From: Botryllus schlosseri
Lineage: Eukaryota
Direction: 5' to 3'
Assembly: GCA_051294905.1 (NCBI GenBank)
Contig: CM119372.1
Span: forward strand, 14,882,001 to 14,946,000
DNA length: 64,000 nucleotides
Position numbers and translations under genes: made by a program. This document shows positions 1-13,300 of the stretch, piece after piece; within the stretch, counting starts at the first letter, position 1, and the number at the start of each line of letters is the position of its first letter. The notes under the pieces were generated by a model that worked only from the letters and a program-made list of their open reading frames with translations, had not been told where the DNA came from and did no database searches.

Positions 1-1011
1 CGGGAAGGAACGGCGTCTCTTATTTGGTCCCGTAGATACTGTCGAGGGTCGTCGCCCTTCATATTTGGTGCAGTGGATGACGTATTGTTCAACAGCTGTT
101 TCTGGCGTATGTGTCTGAACTCGCCGACCTTCTTCGTAGGATGTACACCCGTGGTTCTTGAGCTTTATACTAACCGGCGGAACACTTGGACAAATAAACA
201 AGCCTTCCCGGAACCATGAATTTTTGCTGAGTCCCAGAATTAAAATCTATAAGATCTTATCCATTACAAAAGATGACTTGTGCGGAAAGTAAACTTTAAA
301 AAAGGGCACTATGGATGCAGGATCACAATGGTAGCCTACATCGTGAATATACATGATACATATCTCGTTTGTTGTGCTTGATATTAGTAAGCCTACACAG
401 ATTAGTGCGAGCAGGTATATATCACCCTGTATGCATTTTAGGCGCACAGGATTGAGATTTTTAGGTTTTAGGAGGTTTGGATTCTGAAGAAGTGAGTGGG
501 GCACATTTGGACAATTTTGCTGGGGCCCAATTTTTCAGTGATATCGAAAGGCAGATTTTACAAACAATATAAAATTCAGCAGAATGGTGCGCAGGAACAA
601 GATCGTCACCAACCCTCCCTCGATAAAACATCCCTTGAAGTGTCACGCAATAAATCGAAGACATCAATGTGATTTTACAACGCTTTAAACCCCCTAGCCA
701 GATAGACAACCCCCTAAAAAATTTATTCCGTGAGACGCACCCGAACACAAATTAAGTGGCATTTCTTCACGGGACAATGTTTCTCTGCGGATCGCATTTG
801 CAATGCGGAGCACAGATTGCCAGGTCAAGAATATTAGGCACCTATGGACAAGGGCAAATTGGACAAAAAGCCGAACTTGTTGGCAGCACACTTCGCAGAG
901 TCGCATGTTGTCAACGTCTGGGTGTGTCGTGACGCGGTAATGGCTGACGCCGAAATGCCTACTTCTATCAATTATGCGTTTTGTTTTGGGGGGAGTGGTA
1001 CCCATAGTAAT

Positions 1012-1292
1012 TAAGGTTACCATACGTCCTCCTTTTTTCGTAAATTGAAAATGTCCTCCGACGACGCCTAAATGTCCTCTTTTTGACAATTCGTCCTCCT
1101 TTCAGCTTTTACAGCTAGGATAATGGACAGATTCAAGTGAAAATCGGCAAAGGTGAAGACCTTTTTTTATGTCGACACAACAAAATTTCCGGTAAATTTA
1201 TCAAAATCAGCTGTTTTCAATTTCAATCGACTAATAACTTTTATGTTTTGCTAAAAGTGTCCTCCTTTCCGGACTCCAAAATTCGGTAACCC
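1012..1292. mobile_element. MITE, 'ggttaccatacgtcctc' family
   Basis: Termini are ggttaccata...ggtaaccc with tgtcct/cgtcct subterminal repeats. Homologous copies lie at 25089-25749 (inverted) and 40171-40562. Confidence 0.7.
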
Positions 1293-1813
1293 ATGGTTGT
1301 AATGACTCGAGTTGACTCGATTTTCTGATGACTCGACTTGACTCGAGTCATTTTCTCAAAATACGGAAATGAATCGACTCGACTCGAGTCAATCTGTTTA
1401 TTGGCTCGACTTGGACTCGAGTCATATGACTCGAGACTCAGACGGTCAAGACCGACATTTCATTGTAATTTCGAAGAATAATAAAGTCTCTACACTATTG
1501 GGGTTTCGTCTATTGGCACTGGTACTTTAAAATACGACCAGAAACTGTTAAAAGTGACGAAAATTAGTATATTATTAATGCGAAGCATTCGATATCAACA
1601 GGCAGAGTTGTAAAAAGTGGCATTAGCAATACTTTAACTCGAAACTGAACACAGTCTTGAACTCGGACTCGAGTCACAATACGATAACTCGGGCTCGACT
1701 CTCTGCTCGAAGGCGTGGTGAATTGAAAATGACTCGACTTGACTCGAGTCAAAACGATAAAAGTGAGATTGACTTGTGAATCGGAACCTTGTGACTTAAT
1801 GGTTACAATCCTG
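1292..1813. mobile_element. GACTCGAGTC-rich MITE, copy 1
   Basis: TIR ca.ggttgtaa...ttacaatcctg, with dense gactcgagtc repeats. Colinear with 16458-17030. Confidence 0.75.
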
Positions 1814-2078
1814 CTTAGTAGTATAATACGACAGTCTAGAGTGAAAATCAAAGTCTAGTTCCTTCGAACGTCAGTAAACAATCACTATCAAGTTAGTGGT
1901 CTTTAAGATGACTTCACGAGCTTCACCTTGCAGAAACATCAACGAAACCACGTATATAAATATATAATTTTTAAAAGGCAGAACTAAATGAAGTTTTCGA
2001 GATAACATTTGAATTGCATGCATTTGTTGAACTAGATTTCGGGTTAATTTTGATATTTAAAGGTTTATCGGTCTACAG

Positions 2079-2796
2079 CAGTGGTTCCCAACCGGGGGGG
2101 GGGGGAATTCCCCCTTGGGGGGGATTTTGAATTTTTTAGGGGGGTATCTGGCTTCAGTTTTTTTAGGGGAAATCTGGCTTTGGCATTGTATCGGAAGATA
2201 CACTTGGTTTCTTCGGCGGTTTTTAGATTTTTATGGTATAGAACTGTTCTTTACAATTGTATATTTCATTGGCGGATTTCAAGCTAGGTGTATGTTTAAA
2301 TGCTTTCCGTATACATACACCCCCCGATAGAGTGAGACTCACGAGACGATTTCGTTGGTTCCGCGACAGCCTCTCGACCAAATTGCTACTAAGCAGGAAA
2401 ACGTCAAGCCGAATTCAGCACAAGGCCGCTAGTGAAATTGTTGAACTTTTTAAGCCAACATATGAGCTAACGTGAAAAACATACCGTACCAAATTGATCG
2501 ATTCAACTCAAGTCCATAGCAAGCGGACTTGGTGATTTATTTTTCGTCAGCGGCTACCCGACCGGTCAAAAACAGTTCAAATTTGACAGTACTTTACCAA
2601 AGTTTAGTGCGGTCCGCATTTGCCATAGTTCGGACATATCTGAATATGTTTGGGCATTAATTGCTCAGTCAACAAATGGTTGCGCGTTAAAAAGCACATT
2701 TTTTTAGTCACATGCAACTTTTTATAGTGGGGGGGGGGATTTTAGCTCAAATATCTGCCATGGGGGGCACGAGACGGAAAAGGTTGGGAACCACTG
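2079..2796. mobile_element. hAT (Charlie-like) MITE
   Basis: TIR cagtggttcccaacc / ggttgggaaccactg, with a perfect 8-bp TSD gtctacag (2071-78, 2797-2804). Confidence 0.9.
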
Positions 2797-2944
2797 GTCT
2801 ACAGCATTGGTTTTGAAGGTTTGCCGGTCCGCGAGGTCAAAAAGGTTGAGAAGTGAGAACCACTGGTCTAAGCAATTCTATGCAAGTGACAACACTCTGT
2901 TTGGTCATTAAAACCTCCTGATTAAGCTGCGGCAATTCGCATCT

Positions 2945-3060
2945 AACTCAAGTTCAAGTTTATTCATAAAATTTCATCACTTCAAAACATCACAAGACAA
3001 TGAATGATAGGAAGATGCCGAAACGACTAGGAGTAGTCTTAAGATCAGACACCCACCTAG
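2945..3060 (-). repeat. Probable LINE (CR1/L2-like) 3' end fragment
   Basis: The minus strand ends with the stem-loop gactactcctagtc, then aataaa and a (cttgaa)n-like tail. A homologous copy lies at ~39757-39885. Confidence 0.5.
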
Positions 3061-3379
3061 TGGTGTCAGGAACGACCACTTTGATCACCTCTGTCCGGTG
3101 GGATTCATTTAATAGCCTACAATCTGCTGTATTGATTGGCTAATGGCTACTCCAAGTCGATTCGAGTCCTTCATATCTTTTCACTGTATCTTGGGGTGCT
3201 TTGGTTTGATAAAATTATAATGCATTAGAAGGAATTGCCTATACAAACACCCTCGGGCTAATCAGAGCACTGAAACGGACGAAATAACCTTGACCGTGGA
3301 GTTGAAGTTTCGGTCAATATAGTATTGGATGGGTCGGAGTCACATAACGTTGTGTCAGAGATAGGCTACCCCTGTTTTG

Positions 3380-3625
3380 CGTGGCGAGATAGCGTAGTGG
3401 TATAATCCACAGCTACAACACCAATGGGTTGTGGGTTCGAGTCCGACTCCAGACTTCCTACCTAAGTGTTGCAGGTTTAACTAGGCTTCCTCTCGCCACA
3501 TCATCCGTGTAAGCGGTGTCCAATAAAAGCGAAAAAGCGGGCCTTGCTAGTTGCTACAAGTCGGCAGTTACGGAATAAAAATTAAGAATATGGGCTGGTG
3601 TAAAGTCGACAAACACCACAAACAA
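3380..3625 (+). mobile_element. tRNA-derived SINE, full length
   Basis: A box tagcgtagtgg, B box ggttcgagtcc and a (caaa)n-like tail. The 12-bp TSD acccctgttttg is at 3368-3379 and 3626-3637. Confidence 0.85.
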
Positions 3626-4353
3626 ACCCCTGTTTTGTATCAGCCTTTGGACTCGGATAGACACCTACTGGCTGATGGAGTCGGAGTTTGTCAAGATGCT
3701 CTGGCCCCGACTACTTGAAAATCGAACCAAAAATGCTGTTGCATATAGACGTCATCAATTTATTCACGTAGGTGGAGGTTTCACTCCTGTTGACTTATGA
3801 GGCACTGCGCTCTAAAGAAAAAATTAGGAAACAGTATTTGGCAGCAGCCGCTCTCTTCAGAAAAACACTGTATCACAGCTAAGATTATTCAAACCATCCC
3901 ACTAACACACGTGCGTGGTCTGTGGTGTCAATGTTATTCGTCATCGCTTTTTAACCCTTTGTCAAATTTCATTACTGTTGCAGTTTTTCGACGCGGCCTC
4001 TTACCTTATAGTCCCATTTCTTTAGGTGCTACGTTAAGGGGAAATAATAGATGCCAGTCACTCTCCTTACACATGATATGCAACAACACGGACTCTTAAA
4101 ACTATAAAATCCTTTCACTCACTATCAGCATCAGAATCATGTTTATTTGCTGAAGCAACATGCCCACATTACAAAAGAATAGGTTGAACAACAGAGCAGA
4201 ACCAGGCTGTGACGAGGGGATTGGGAGACCGTCAAGTCCGCCCAGTCCAAGTCTTATCCAGCCCATTCAGCAGCAGCACAGTAGCGATTATCAGTACCCA
4301 TTTGTAATCACATTATCAAACGGAGTTGCAAAAAAGTCCGCGTCGACCCCTCG

Positions 4354-7300
4354 TCAATGACTGAGCTGGGCGTTGACTAGACTGTAAAAGAAAGATCCCG
4401 ATTTGCGGTCAATCTACCAAAAAGAAAGTGTAAGCAGAGATCACCTGTAGTACGCTCCGCCCTGTTTGATCAAAGAATCATGGGTGCCCGTCTCCACTAT
4501 CATACCGTTGTCTACCACTACTATAATATCGGCGTTCCTGACAGTCGAAAGTCGGTGAGCAATCACAATACATGTTCGACCCTTCATGGCGTTATCCAAA
4601 GCCTCTTGAACAACCTACAAATACCGGAATGTGTTATTTGTTCCGATGGGATTTCGTATCCACGCACCTTTTCGCTTTCCGTGTCCAACGCAGATGTAGC
4701 CTCGTCTAACAGCAACACCTTCGGCTTCCGGAGCAAAGCGCGGGCAATGGCGATCCTCTGCTTCTGACCGCCTGAAAGCTGACTGCCTTTGGTTCCTACT
4801 CTCGTATTGTAACCCTGAAACAGGCCCAGCGTCGGACGGCTTCGAGTTTATCATTCTACGTCACGTCATACCTCCGGTAATGAGAGAATGAAATCGTGAA
4901 TGTTTGATGCCTTCGCCGCCTCTATCACGTCAGCTTCGGAATGGTCTACTCGCACGTCTCCAAATCTAGAAAAAAACTTCTCGTTATTCACGTCTTCTGT
5001 GCCAGAGTTTGGCATTAACGAATTACTCAAGTAGGTTTCGCCTACTTCCCCAAATGTTTCGATAACTTCCACTTCTACATCAACAGTTTTGAGGCGAACA
5101 ACTTACTTTTCAATTTAGAGATTTTCTCAAGTTGAAAGTTGCTACGGGATAGATTCGCATCACTTCTACTATTAGTGAAATGGTCACAAATCTGGCGATG
5201 TAAGACCCCGAGTAATGTTGATAAATTAGGGATTTCGAAAATTGCACCTATCCTATGTGATGCCTCAATTGGTTTCTTCAAAACACTTACTCGAATACTT
5301 TTAGAACCTTTTATTTTCATACTTCCAGTACTTTTGCAGTACTTACAATTACATGTACTTCTACTTTCATTTCAGTATCATAAATGACTACTTTATCGCC
5401 TCTGTTCTATGTGATGGTTAGTCCAAAGAGAAAATTTGTGGGGTACGCGAAATGGGTTTCTAATAAATGCTTGATCTGATACGTTTAGCTAAGTTCAAAT
5501 GAGATAGGAAATTTGTACATGGATATTTTGACAAATGTACTTGATTAACTGAACACACTTTTACTTTCAGGTATTTCCCGGAGTCAGACGCAGAATTTTA
5601 CAGATTAGTCTCGTAATCACAGTAACCAATTCCTATTGAGATGGTGAGACTTGCAACTACTGAACAGCCTATGTGCGGCCACCGTTTCTACAACATCATA
5701 TATATCTGGCACACCTGTCAAATGGGTCGCACAATCATGATTTAGCATATTACTTGATGTGTTCAATAATGAAGTAACTCTATGCACATGCGGAATTACA
5801 TCCATTTTATGAGTGAATTTGTTGCGGTCACAGAAAGATTTCATACTAGTAGTAGTTCAAAGCAAACTATTTACCTTTACATGAGTTATCTTTGGTTTGC
5901 CGAGTGCGTGAGTAGAATATGACCAACTGAACATTTATGGCAATCATACTACAAAAATCAGACATGCTTACAGTATGTTCTCCTTGACTGTAAGGTCAAA
6001 TAGAAGGGGTTCTTGTGACACAATCCCGAGTTGATGTCTGTGCCAGGACACGTTCAGTTGTTTGATATCTTTCGAGTCTAGCAACTGTATAAAGAGTGCG
6101 TTAGCGCTGCACTTTAAACATTGCAGAATACTCTGCAACACTCACCACCGCCCCTGCATCGGGATCGTAGAATCTTTCAATAAGCTGAATGCAGGTGGAT
6201 TTGCCACAGCCGGACTGGCCCACCAGAGCTAAGGTCTTTCCGGGTAAGGCCGAGAAGTCCAAGCCGCGAAGGACAACAGAATCAGGTCGGGTCGGATAGT
6301 TGAACTGCACCGATCTGAAGTCGATCGCTCCTTGACACTTGTGCTGGAATAAGCAAAAGAAGACAATTTACGATAAATTTACAGTATAACGAAGGCGTCA
6401 CTGTAATTTTAAACTGTCTTTCAGCTTGACGTGGCACTGATACTCACAGGCTTCCTTCCTGCATCACTGTAGGCGTCGATTTTAGATTTCGAATCGAGGA
6501 GCGCAAACATGCGCTTGGCGGACATTTTGCCTTCCGCGTAATCGGGAGCGAAGGAGCTATTCTGTCCGACAGCCATCGCGCCGAAAATCACCGCTGACAT
6601 AATTCTAAATACCAGAGGTAGTCGGTAACAAAGTACTACTTTTTGACAGTACTCAGATAGGATTTGCCTGCTTGCACGACGTACTGAAGTGGTTATGTTT
6701 CATTTCTACTCTAAAACTTTTTATGCAAAACTGCTTAAATTTTGGACATTCCGAGGTAGAAGGAGTTTTCAGGTAAGTTTGCATGATGTTTATGAGTGAA
6801 ATTGTCATAACAAATTGGCAAAATATCTCCTGTACTATGGCTACTGAATATATTTTCGAAATTTCCACCAATTTCCATTGTCACTAGTAATTCATTTTTA
6901 GTCGGGAAGATGCACCTCGCAATTTTTATAGTAGGAAAGGAAAGGACGAAGTTTATTTGTGTCCTTGATGTTTTTTGCGGCATATACAACGACTCACGAT
7001 ACACATACACACGATCTGTACATATGCATACCATGAGTGCATGATGTGCATATGCCGCTGGACAAGGAAGTGCAGATATAGCCTTTATGGCTTTCTAAGT
7101 AATGCACCACCCCTCCATGCTATCCCAGTAATGCATGAGCGCCAAGCAGGGAAGTCATGGATACCAGTGTTACTAATCAGGTCTTTGGTCTGACCCGGCC
7201 GGGGATCGAACCCACCACCTACCGATCAAGAAGCCGGACGCTTCACCATTACGCTATCTTGTCGGTAGCCACTTCAATTCACTAGAAGAATGCGAGCCCT

Positions 7301-10300
7301 CGGCCAAATCGACTTTTTACAGTGCCCACTTGAGTGCTTTATGCACATTCATTTCCTACTTCAACTTGCAGCAGTCTTGACATAACTTTGAAATCTTTAC
7401 TTCTACTTGTACAAGAGTGGAAATTCACAATGCCACTTCTACTTGAGTACCAACGGCGACTACTTTGAGCACCTCTCTGTTAAATACACACCGTTGTGTG
7501 GAATAACAGAATTTTGCATCATGTCGCCGTCGTCTTTACCTGAACACATTCTCAAAGTCCATCTCTTCGTTTTCCACCAGCACGGCGCCGTATCGAAAAA
7601 TACCGGCGTAAGCAAAGTAGATGACGCATTGTGAAAATCCGAAGCCGATTCCAGTTATTACCGCTTTCCTGTTTGCAGTCCTACAGAAGTAGTGATGAAA
7701 AAATGAAACTGCACGGGCGAGCAGAGGCAACAAAATTCAATACTTTGCCGGAAGAGCCAGGCTTTTTTCATAATTCTGGTAAACTGTCTCTTCTTTCGTC
7801 AGTGATGCGACCGTGCGGATATTGTAAGTGGCCTCTGCGACAATTTTTCCTTCAAATTGCACAAACAGAAGCCTTGTAAATTTGGACTTCCTATCCCGTA
7901 AATAGTAGGATTAGGGATGTACTTGATACTTACACTCATTGAGTCACATAAGACTGGTCTAGCCACTCTTAATCTCTGTTTCATATACATGACAACAAGT
8001 AGACAGTTTTCATACTGTTCATTCAATAAATGCTCTGGGGCATATTATTACACCATTCCGCTCGGATGAGACACCGCAAATTATTGAGCTCACAAGCCCA
8101 ATCTTAAATTATGTTTCGTCTCGGGCAGTGTTGCAATATCCTACAAATCTGAAAATTGACGGTATACCGCAGCTGCAAGCCCGATCCCATGACCTGACCA
8201 AACACGCCTAGAGCAGCGTAGATTTCATTAACAAATATAACAAATACAACACATAGAACTCATGTACCAGGTTTGATGGCAAATATGTCATTCCTTGAAA
8301 GTGAATCTCAAATCACTGTGTGTTTGCAATGCAACAATTTTTAGCTTATGATGACAGGAAAAATCTACCAAACTTCAACTCTTGTGATTTAATCGTGGAA
8401 AGGAAATGGGCATGGGCAGATGGTGCAATTTTAGCAAAATATCATACCCGATTCTTCGAAAGCTTCCTTTTCCCGTTCCGCTTCTCCCACCAGCAGGTTC
8501 ATTTCGAGAAAACCACCGAGAATTAGAAATGGAATGAAAGAGGAGGCGACGAGGGTGAGTTTCCAGCCGTAAATGAAGCCGATCGCAAGTGCGACAGCTG
8601 CAAATGTAAATTCACGGAAAAATGACGCAAAAATTGTAAATTTACCAATTACCCATAAGCAATGACATGGACTACCGTAGGTATCAATACACATTATTCA
8701 GTGACCGGAAAAATCGAAATAACTATAAGAAATCAGCACAACGATATCGTAGTTGCACCCGCCTATTTCCTTTTCACTGATAGCGATATGACGCAAAATA
8801 ATTATATCAAACGGTAAATCCGTCTTCCCAACTAACCGAGTGAAGAGAAGTTCTTCATCACAGTCCCGAGACGCGCTCCCGTACAGGCTTGAACTCGCGA
8901 TGCATCGGTGGCAAGCCTTGTAGTCAACGCCCCGGTGCTGTTCTTATGATTATCAAAATACTCAATATCTTGACGTAAAATCGACTCAAACGCCATTTGC
9001 CGCAATCTAGTAGTGAGTTTCATACCGGAATATGAGAATAAGAAACCCTGAAAGGAAATCAAAGGAGACGTGAGACGATAAATACAGGTGAATTATGAAA
9101 TAATTCGGGTAAAAGTCTAGGGTATGAATGGACAGGGCCGCTAAGTTGTAAAGATGCATTCAAACGTTGAAGTGATTTAAACTAATTCAGAACAAGACCA
9201 CAGCAAAATTTGAATCGTTATTTCGAACAAGTAAATTCACCAATACCACATCAAATTTTCAAGTTGGCATTATAATTGATGTGATTGAGCAGATTAATTG
9301 AAGATTTTGAATTCTGATAGTTTTGCATAAAACAAGACACTTGGAGTTTTGGACTAAGACCCTCACACTATAATGGAGAGGCTTGTCAAATTGTAAAGGA
9401 CAGAATTAGAATTCATGATCAGAAAGTGACATAAAGATCTCATGCTTCAGTGAATTCAAAGCTTAAATATGCCGCAAAATTGAACAGCTCTGCTTGTAAC
9501 TTGAATAGCTGGAAAAGAAACTCAAGATCAGTGATTCCCAACCACGGCTCTCAGAAAGGCATGCGGTGCCATGTAGCCTTTTTGCGGATCTGATTGACCT
9601 CTGAATACACCACAAAAATATAATAGAAGACAGTTGTTGTTTGTTTATATGAATAGTTATACAGGTAGTCCATTTCTGTATATGAATGCTAAAATGAGGG
9701 ATATTAGTTTTGCCTACGCTTCTGAAAACCGGGAAAGAGAATTCTGGCAGACTAGCGTCAAACGCATGGATGAATACCCATCAGACAAGGATATATTGAG
9801 TTCTGCTGGTCATATACCTGCTATATAGCGTCTCTGTGAAGATTAAATTTCGACTCAATTTTACTAACATCAAAATAACGACTCATAGACAAGTATAAAT
9901 TGCAACAAGTCCAATCTTGCTCAGCGTATAATCCCACGCAAACTTGCGCATCAAGTGCTGGAATGTATGAAGAGCTATCACATAACGGCATAATAGTACG
10001 TTGTAGTAATGATATGGATTTTCAGTTTATTTCTATGCATAGGACTCAACAATCTGGTATAGCAATGCTAATATAATCGATATAGAATCTATAGTAGTCT
10101 ATCTGCATGCTTTAGAATTAGCGGGATGGTGACATCCGGAGGTAGGTTATGTTGCCATTAAAGTTTCGTTATAAGTACTCTAGCGTTTTCTTGCGGCTCC
10201 ATACGTACTCTGCAATTTGAAATGCGGCTCCGACATCCAAAAATGTTGGGAACCACTGCTCAAGATGGTCGCAAAATTGACAAGAACCTCGAAGAAGACA

Positions 10301-13300
10301 TCAAGTAAGCGATGGCATTACCTCAACTGTCCAACCAATGAATGCAAAGACACCGAGTCCCACAAACATGAGCGTGAAAACGAGAGTCGAGTGCAATTTC
10401 TCATCGACGTTGGCGATGGTAAACACCGTCAACACTTCAGGAAATATGATAGCATTCAAGGAATCCACAGATCCAGCCATCAGAGCGAATAGACAGCCAA
10501 CTGAAAAAAACAACATGCCGTTAGATAGCCAAGCAACTATGCAAAAAAGAACATGAAGTGAAAAATAAAAATGTAACAGCAACATAAGTTTACCTGGGCC
10601 TATACAAACTTCTGTTACCGTATTCCAAACGAAATCTCATCTCAATGCTCAAGATATGAAATCTGCATCTCAGTGGTTATGCAAATGTTGTGTCACATCA
10701 AATCGATGCTCATATCCGTAATTATTATCTTAATTTCCGCACAATACTTTCAAACATTACTAAATCAGCTATAAAACGATAAAGTAAAATTGCTTTGGTT
10801 TGTAAGATCTTCTTAAAAAGAAGTTTTCTAAATTGCTATATGACTGCAAGAAGAACGATTGAATAAATGTAGGAGCTTACACTATGCGCTCGATAATGAA
10901 AATATAGCCTACACATTTCTTACGTAACATGTAGCCCCATTCTGGCTTGTTCAGTATCAACATTCTCTTGAAAGGCGCGTCAGGCAAATCTTCCTCTTCT
11001 TCATCTTCCAATTCCTAATATACGCTAAGAATTAGTTGGAGGGGTAGGTAGGATGGAGAATAGCAGCAGTGATCTTGATAGCAGTATTTAAGTACCACTA
11101 TTTAACCAATAACTACGGAAAACATGAAAAAAACAGCTACAACGGTGCATTTTTCACGTTTATAGGTAAAATGGAATCATGTTGAGCCAAGCTTTGTTAA
11201 AAAAAAACTTCAATTTTCAACAATTGGTAAATATGATGCATTCAACTTGACCGTAGAGCTCGAATAAAGGTAATTCGCCAAAACCTTTTCGATACAAATA
11301 ACAAAATACCACCTCTGTCTCATGTTCCTGATGCGATACGTTGGAAGACATTGATGACAGATGACGTCGAGGTTTCCGAACCGACTTGGCAACTGCAGAG
11401 GAAGTCGGCTCCAGGAATTCAGCTGCAACGGTTTAATGAATTTCAACATAATGGAATCTGTTTCACGAAGGAATCTAACAACATCTGAATTTTGTAACAT
11501 TAACCGACGTTAATAGCCTGTCAATGGCTGACAAGTGACAGCCTATAATTGGTCAATCAACTTTGATGGATCGGCAATAATTAGGGTTACAGACAGATTT
11601 GGACAAAGTAGTCATCGTTTGCACTCCAGTAAAAGTAGAAATTACATCATAAACTTCAACTTAAGTACAAGTAGAAATAGTGATATCCGAGAAAATTCAG
11701 GTCTAGATTTTGGAGTAGTTAAAAATCATAACGCCAGGACTAAGTACTGCAACAAGCAAAACCTACCCAATTACTATGAGAAAGTACGTCGTTATTGACG
11801 ACCTATGGCCAATGATATTATAACACTCAATACCAGAATTAAAGTGATGATAAGGTATAATGGTGAAAAAAGCATCATCATTGTGTTTGTCATCAAACTC
11901 AAAGGTGCTTGAAGAGTAATTACCAGGGAGATTATTTTTGACATGTCAAGAAGGCAAAATTTCGTCAAAGCTTTAGTGTTGAGTCAAAAAATTGACAAAG
12001 TTATCCACAAACTCAAAATTATTTTGCACGCTGCATTACGTTAGTGTCATACAGGTTGAATTTATCGTTTGACATTTTACACGTTGTAGCCTACTTTGTA
12101 CGTCTACCGTTGTAGATGATCATTGTCTACTCATTGTGAATCATAAACCATGGAATAAATCACATAAGAAGACATGGCGTGATGATCAACACACCTAAAA
12201 ACAGGTGAAATTTTTAGTAGGTCTGACGATTTTCCAAGATCAGGCCAATGTCTCAAATCTGAATCTGAAACTTGACTATGTGGTGGACATTTATTCTTGT
12301 AGAACAGTGGTTCTCAATGTATGGGTGGTATGCGAGATTTAAACAAAACTCAATATACACTGAACTTCAATGCTGTCAACAATCAACTGCTGCTATAGAA
12401 CGTTTTTTCTCTATTCCTGCCAAGCCACTTCATAAGGACAGACAATTCCAGCCAGAAATGTAGAAAAGTACTACAATTCTAACATTATGTCAAACGATGC
12501 CTAATTTAAATACGTGCGGGCAAAACTTTGCCAAAATTGAGTTTTTTTTATGTCAAACAATGTTAAATTTTTAGGGCAAAATCTTCTGTTTTAGGTCAAA
12601 AAATAACCGCCGTAGCAATTACCTAAGAAATCAATCATACTATCAGCAAATATTTCAAGCTACCTTCACCGTCTTCAGGTAACGTCGTCATTTCGCTACT
12701 GTCGGCATTCACAGTCTGCATGTTGACAAGGTTCGCATAAACGCCATTCGTCACTCTCATCAGTTCAGCGTGCGTACCTTCTTCCATAACACGGCCTTCG
12801 TTAAAAGCGACGATCTTATCGGCATTTCGTATCGTCGATAGACGATGTGCGACAATAATTGTGGTGCGTCCTGTCAAATGGTCCAGTCTTGTTCAATCTT
12901 TTCTGGATTCGGATTAAGTTTGAATTCTTACCCGCGGCTGCTTTGTCTAGAGCCGACTGCACGATCGCTTCGCTTTCCGTGTCGAGAGCGGAAGTAGCTT
13001 CGTCCAAGAGCATGATTTTCGGGTCTCGAACAATGGCGCGGGCGATCGCGATTCTCTGTTTTTGACCGCCACTCAATTGTCCACCGCTCTCCCCGACGAC
13101 AGTCTCAAATTTCTGGATACAACAGAACAAAGGAAGACTTATATTAACGTTATGAACTTTCAAAACGGGACCTTCCACAATTAAATGTTCAGCCAGCCAT
13201 GCCGATAACATTGGTGGTCAAAGTAGTCAGCGTCGCTACTCGCGTTGGGATCCCGGGAAATCCCGATCCCGGGATTAATCCGAATGAAATTTGTATACAG

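Noticed and set aside
1..215. Exon or small TIR element at the window edge (cgggaagg...ccttcccg)
   Set aside because: Two minus-strand frames are open but show no recognisable homology, and the 8-bp inverted match is truncated by the window edge. It cannot be supported.
3383..3450. tRNA gene
   Set aside because: It has A and B boxes but no proper acceptor stem, and it continues into a body with a simple-repeat tail and a 12-bp TSD. It is a SINE head.
7195..7265. tRNA gene (minus; also ~25585-25656)
   Set aside because: It is the head of a ~330-bp repeated SINE, not a stand-alone cloverleaf.
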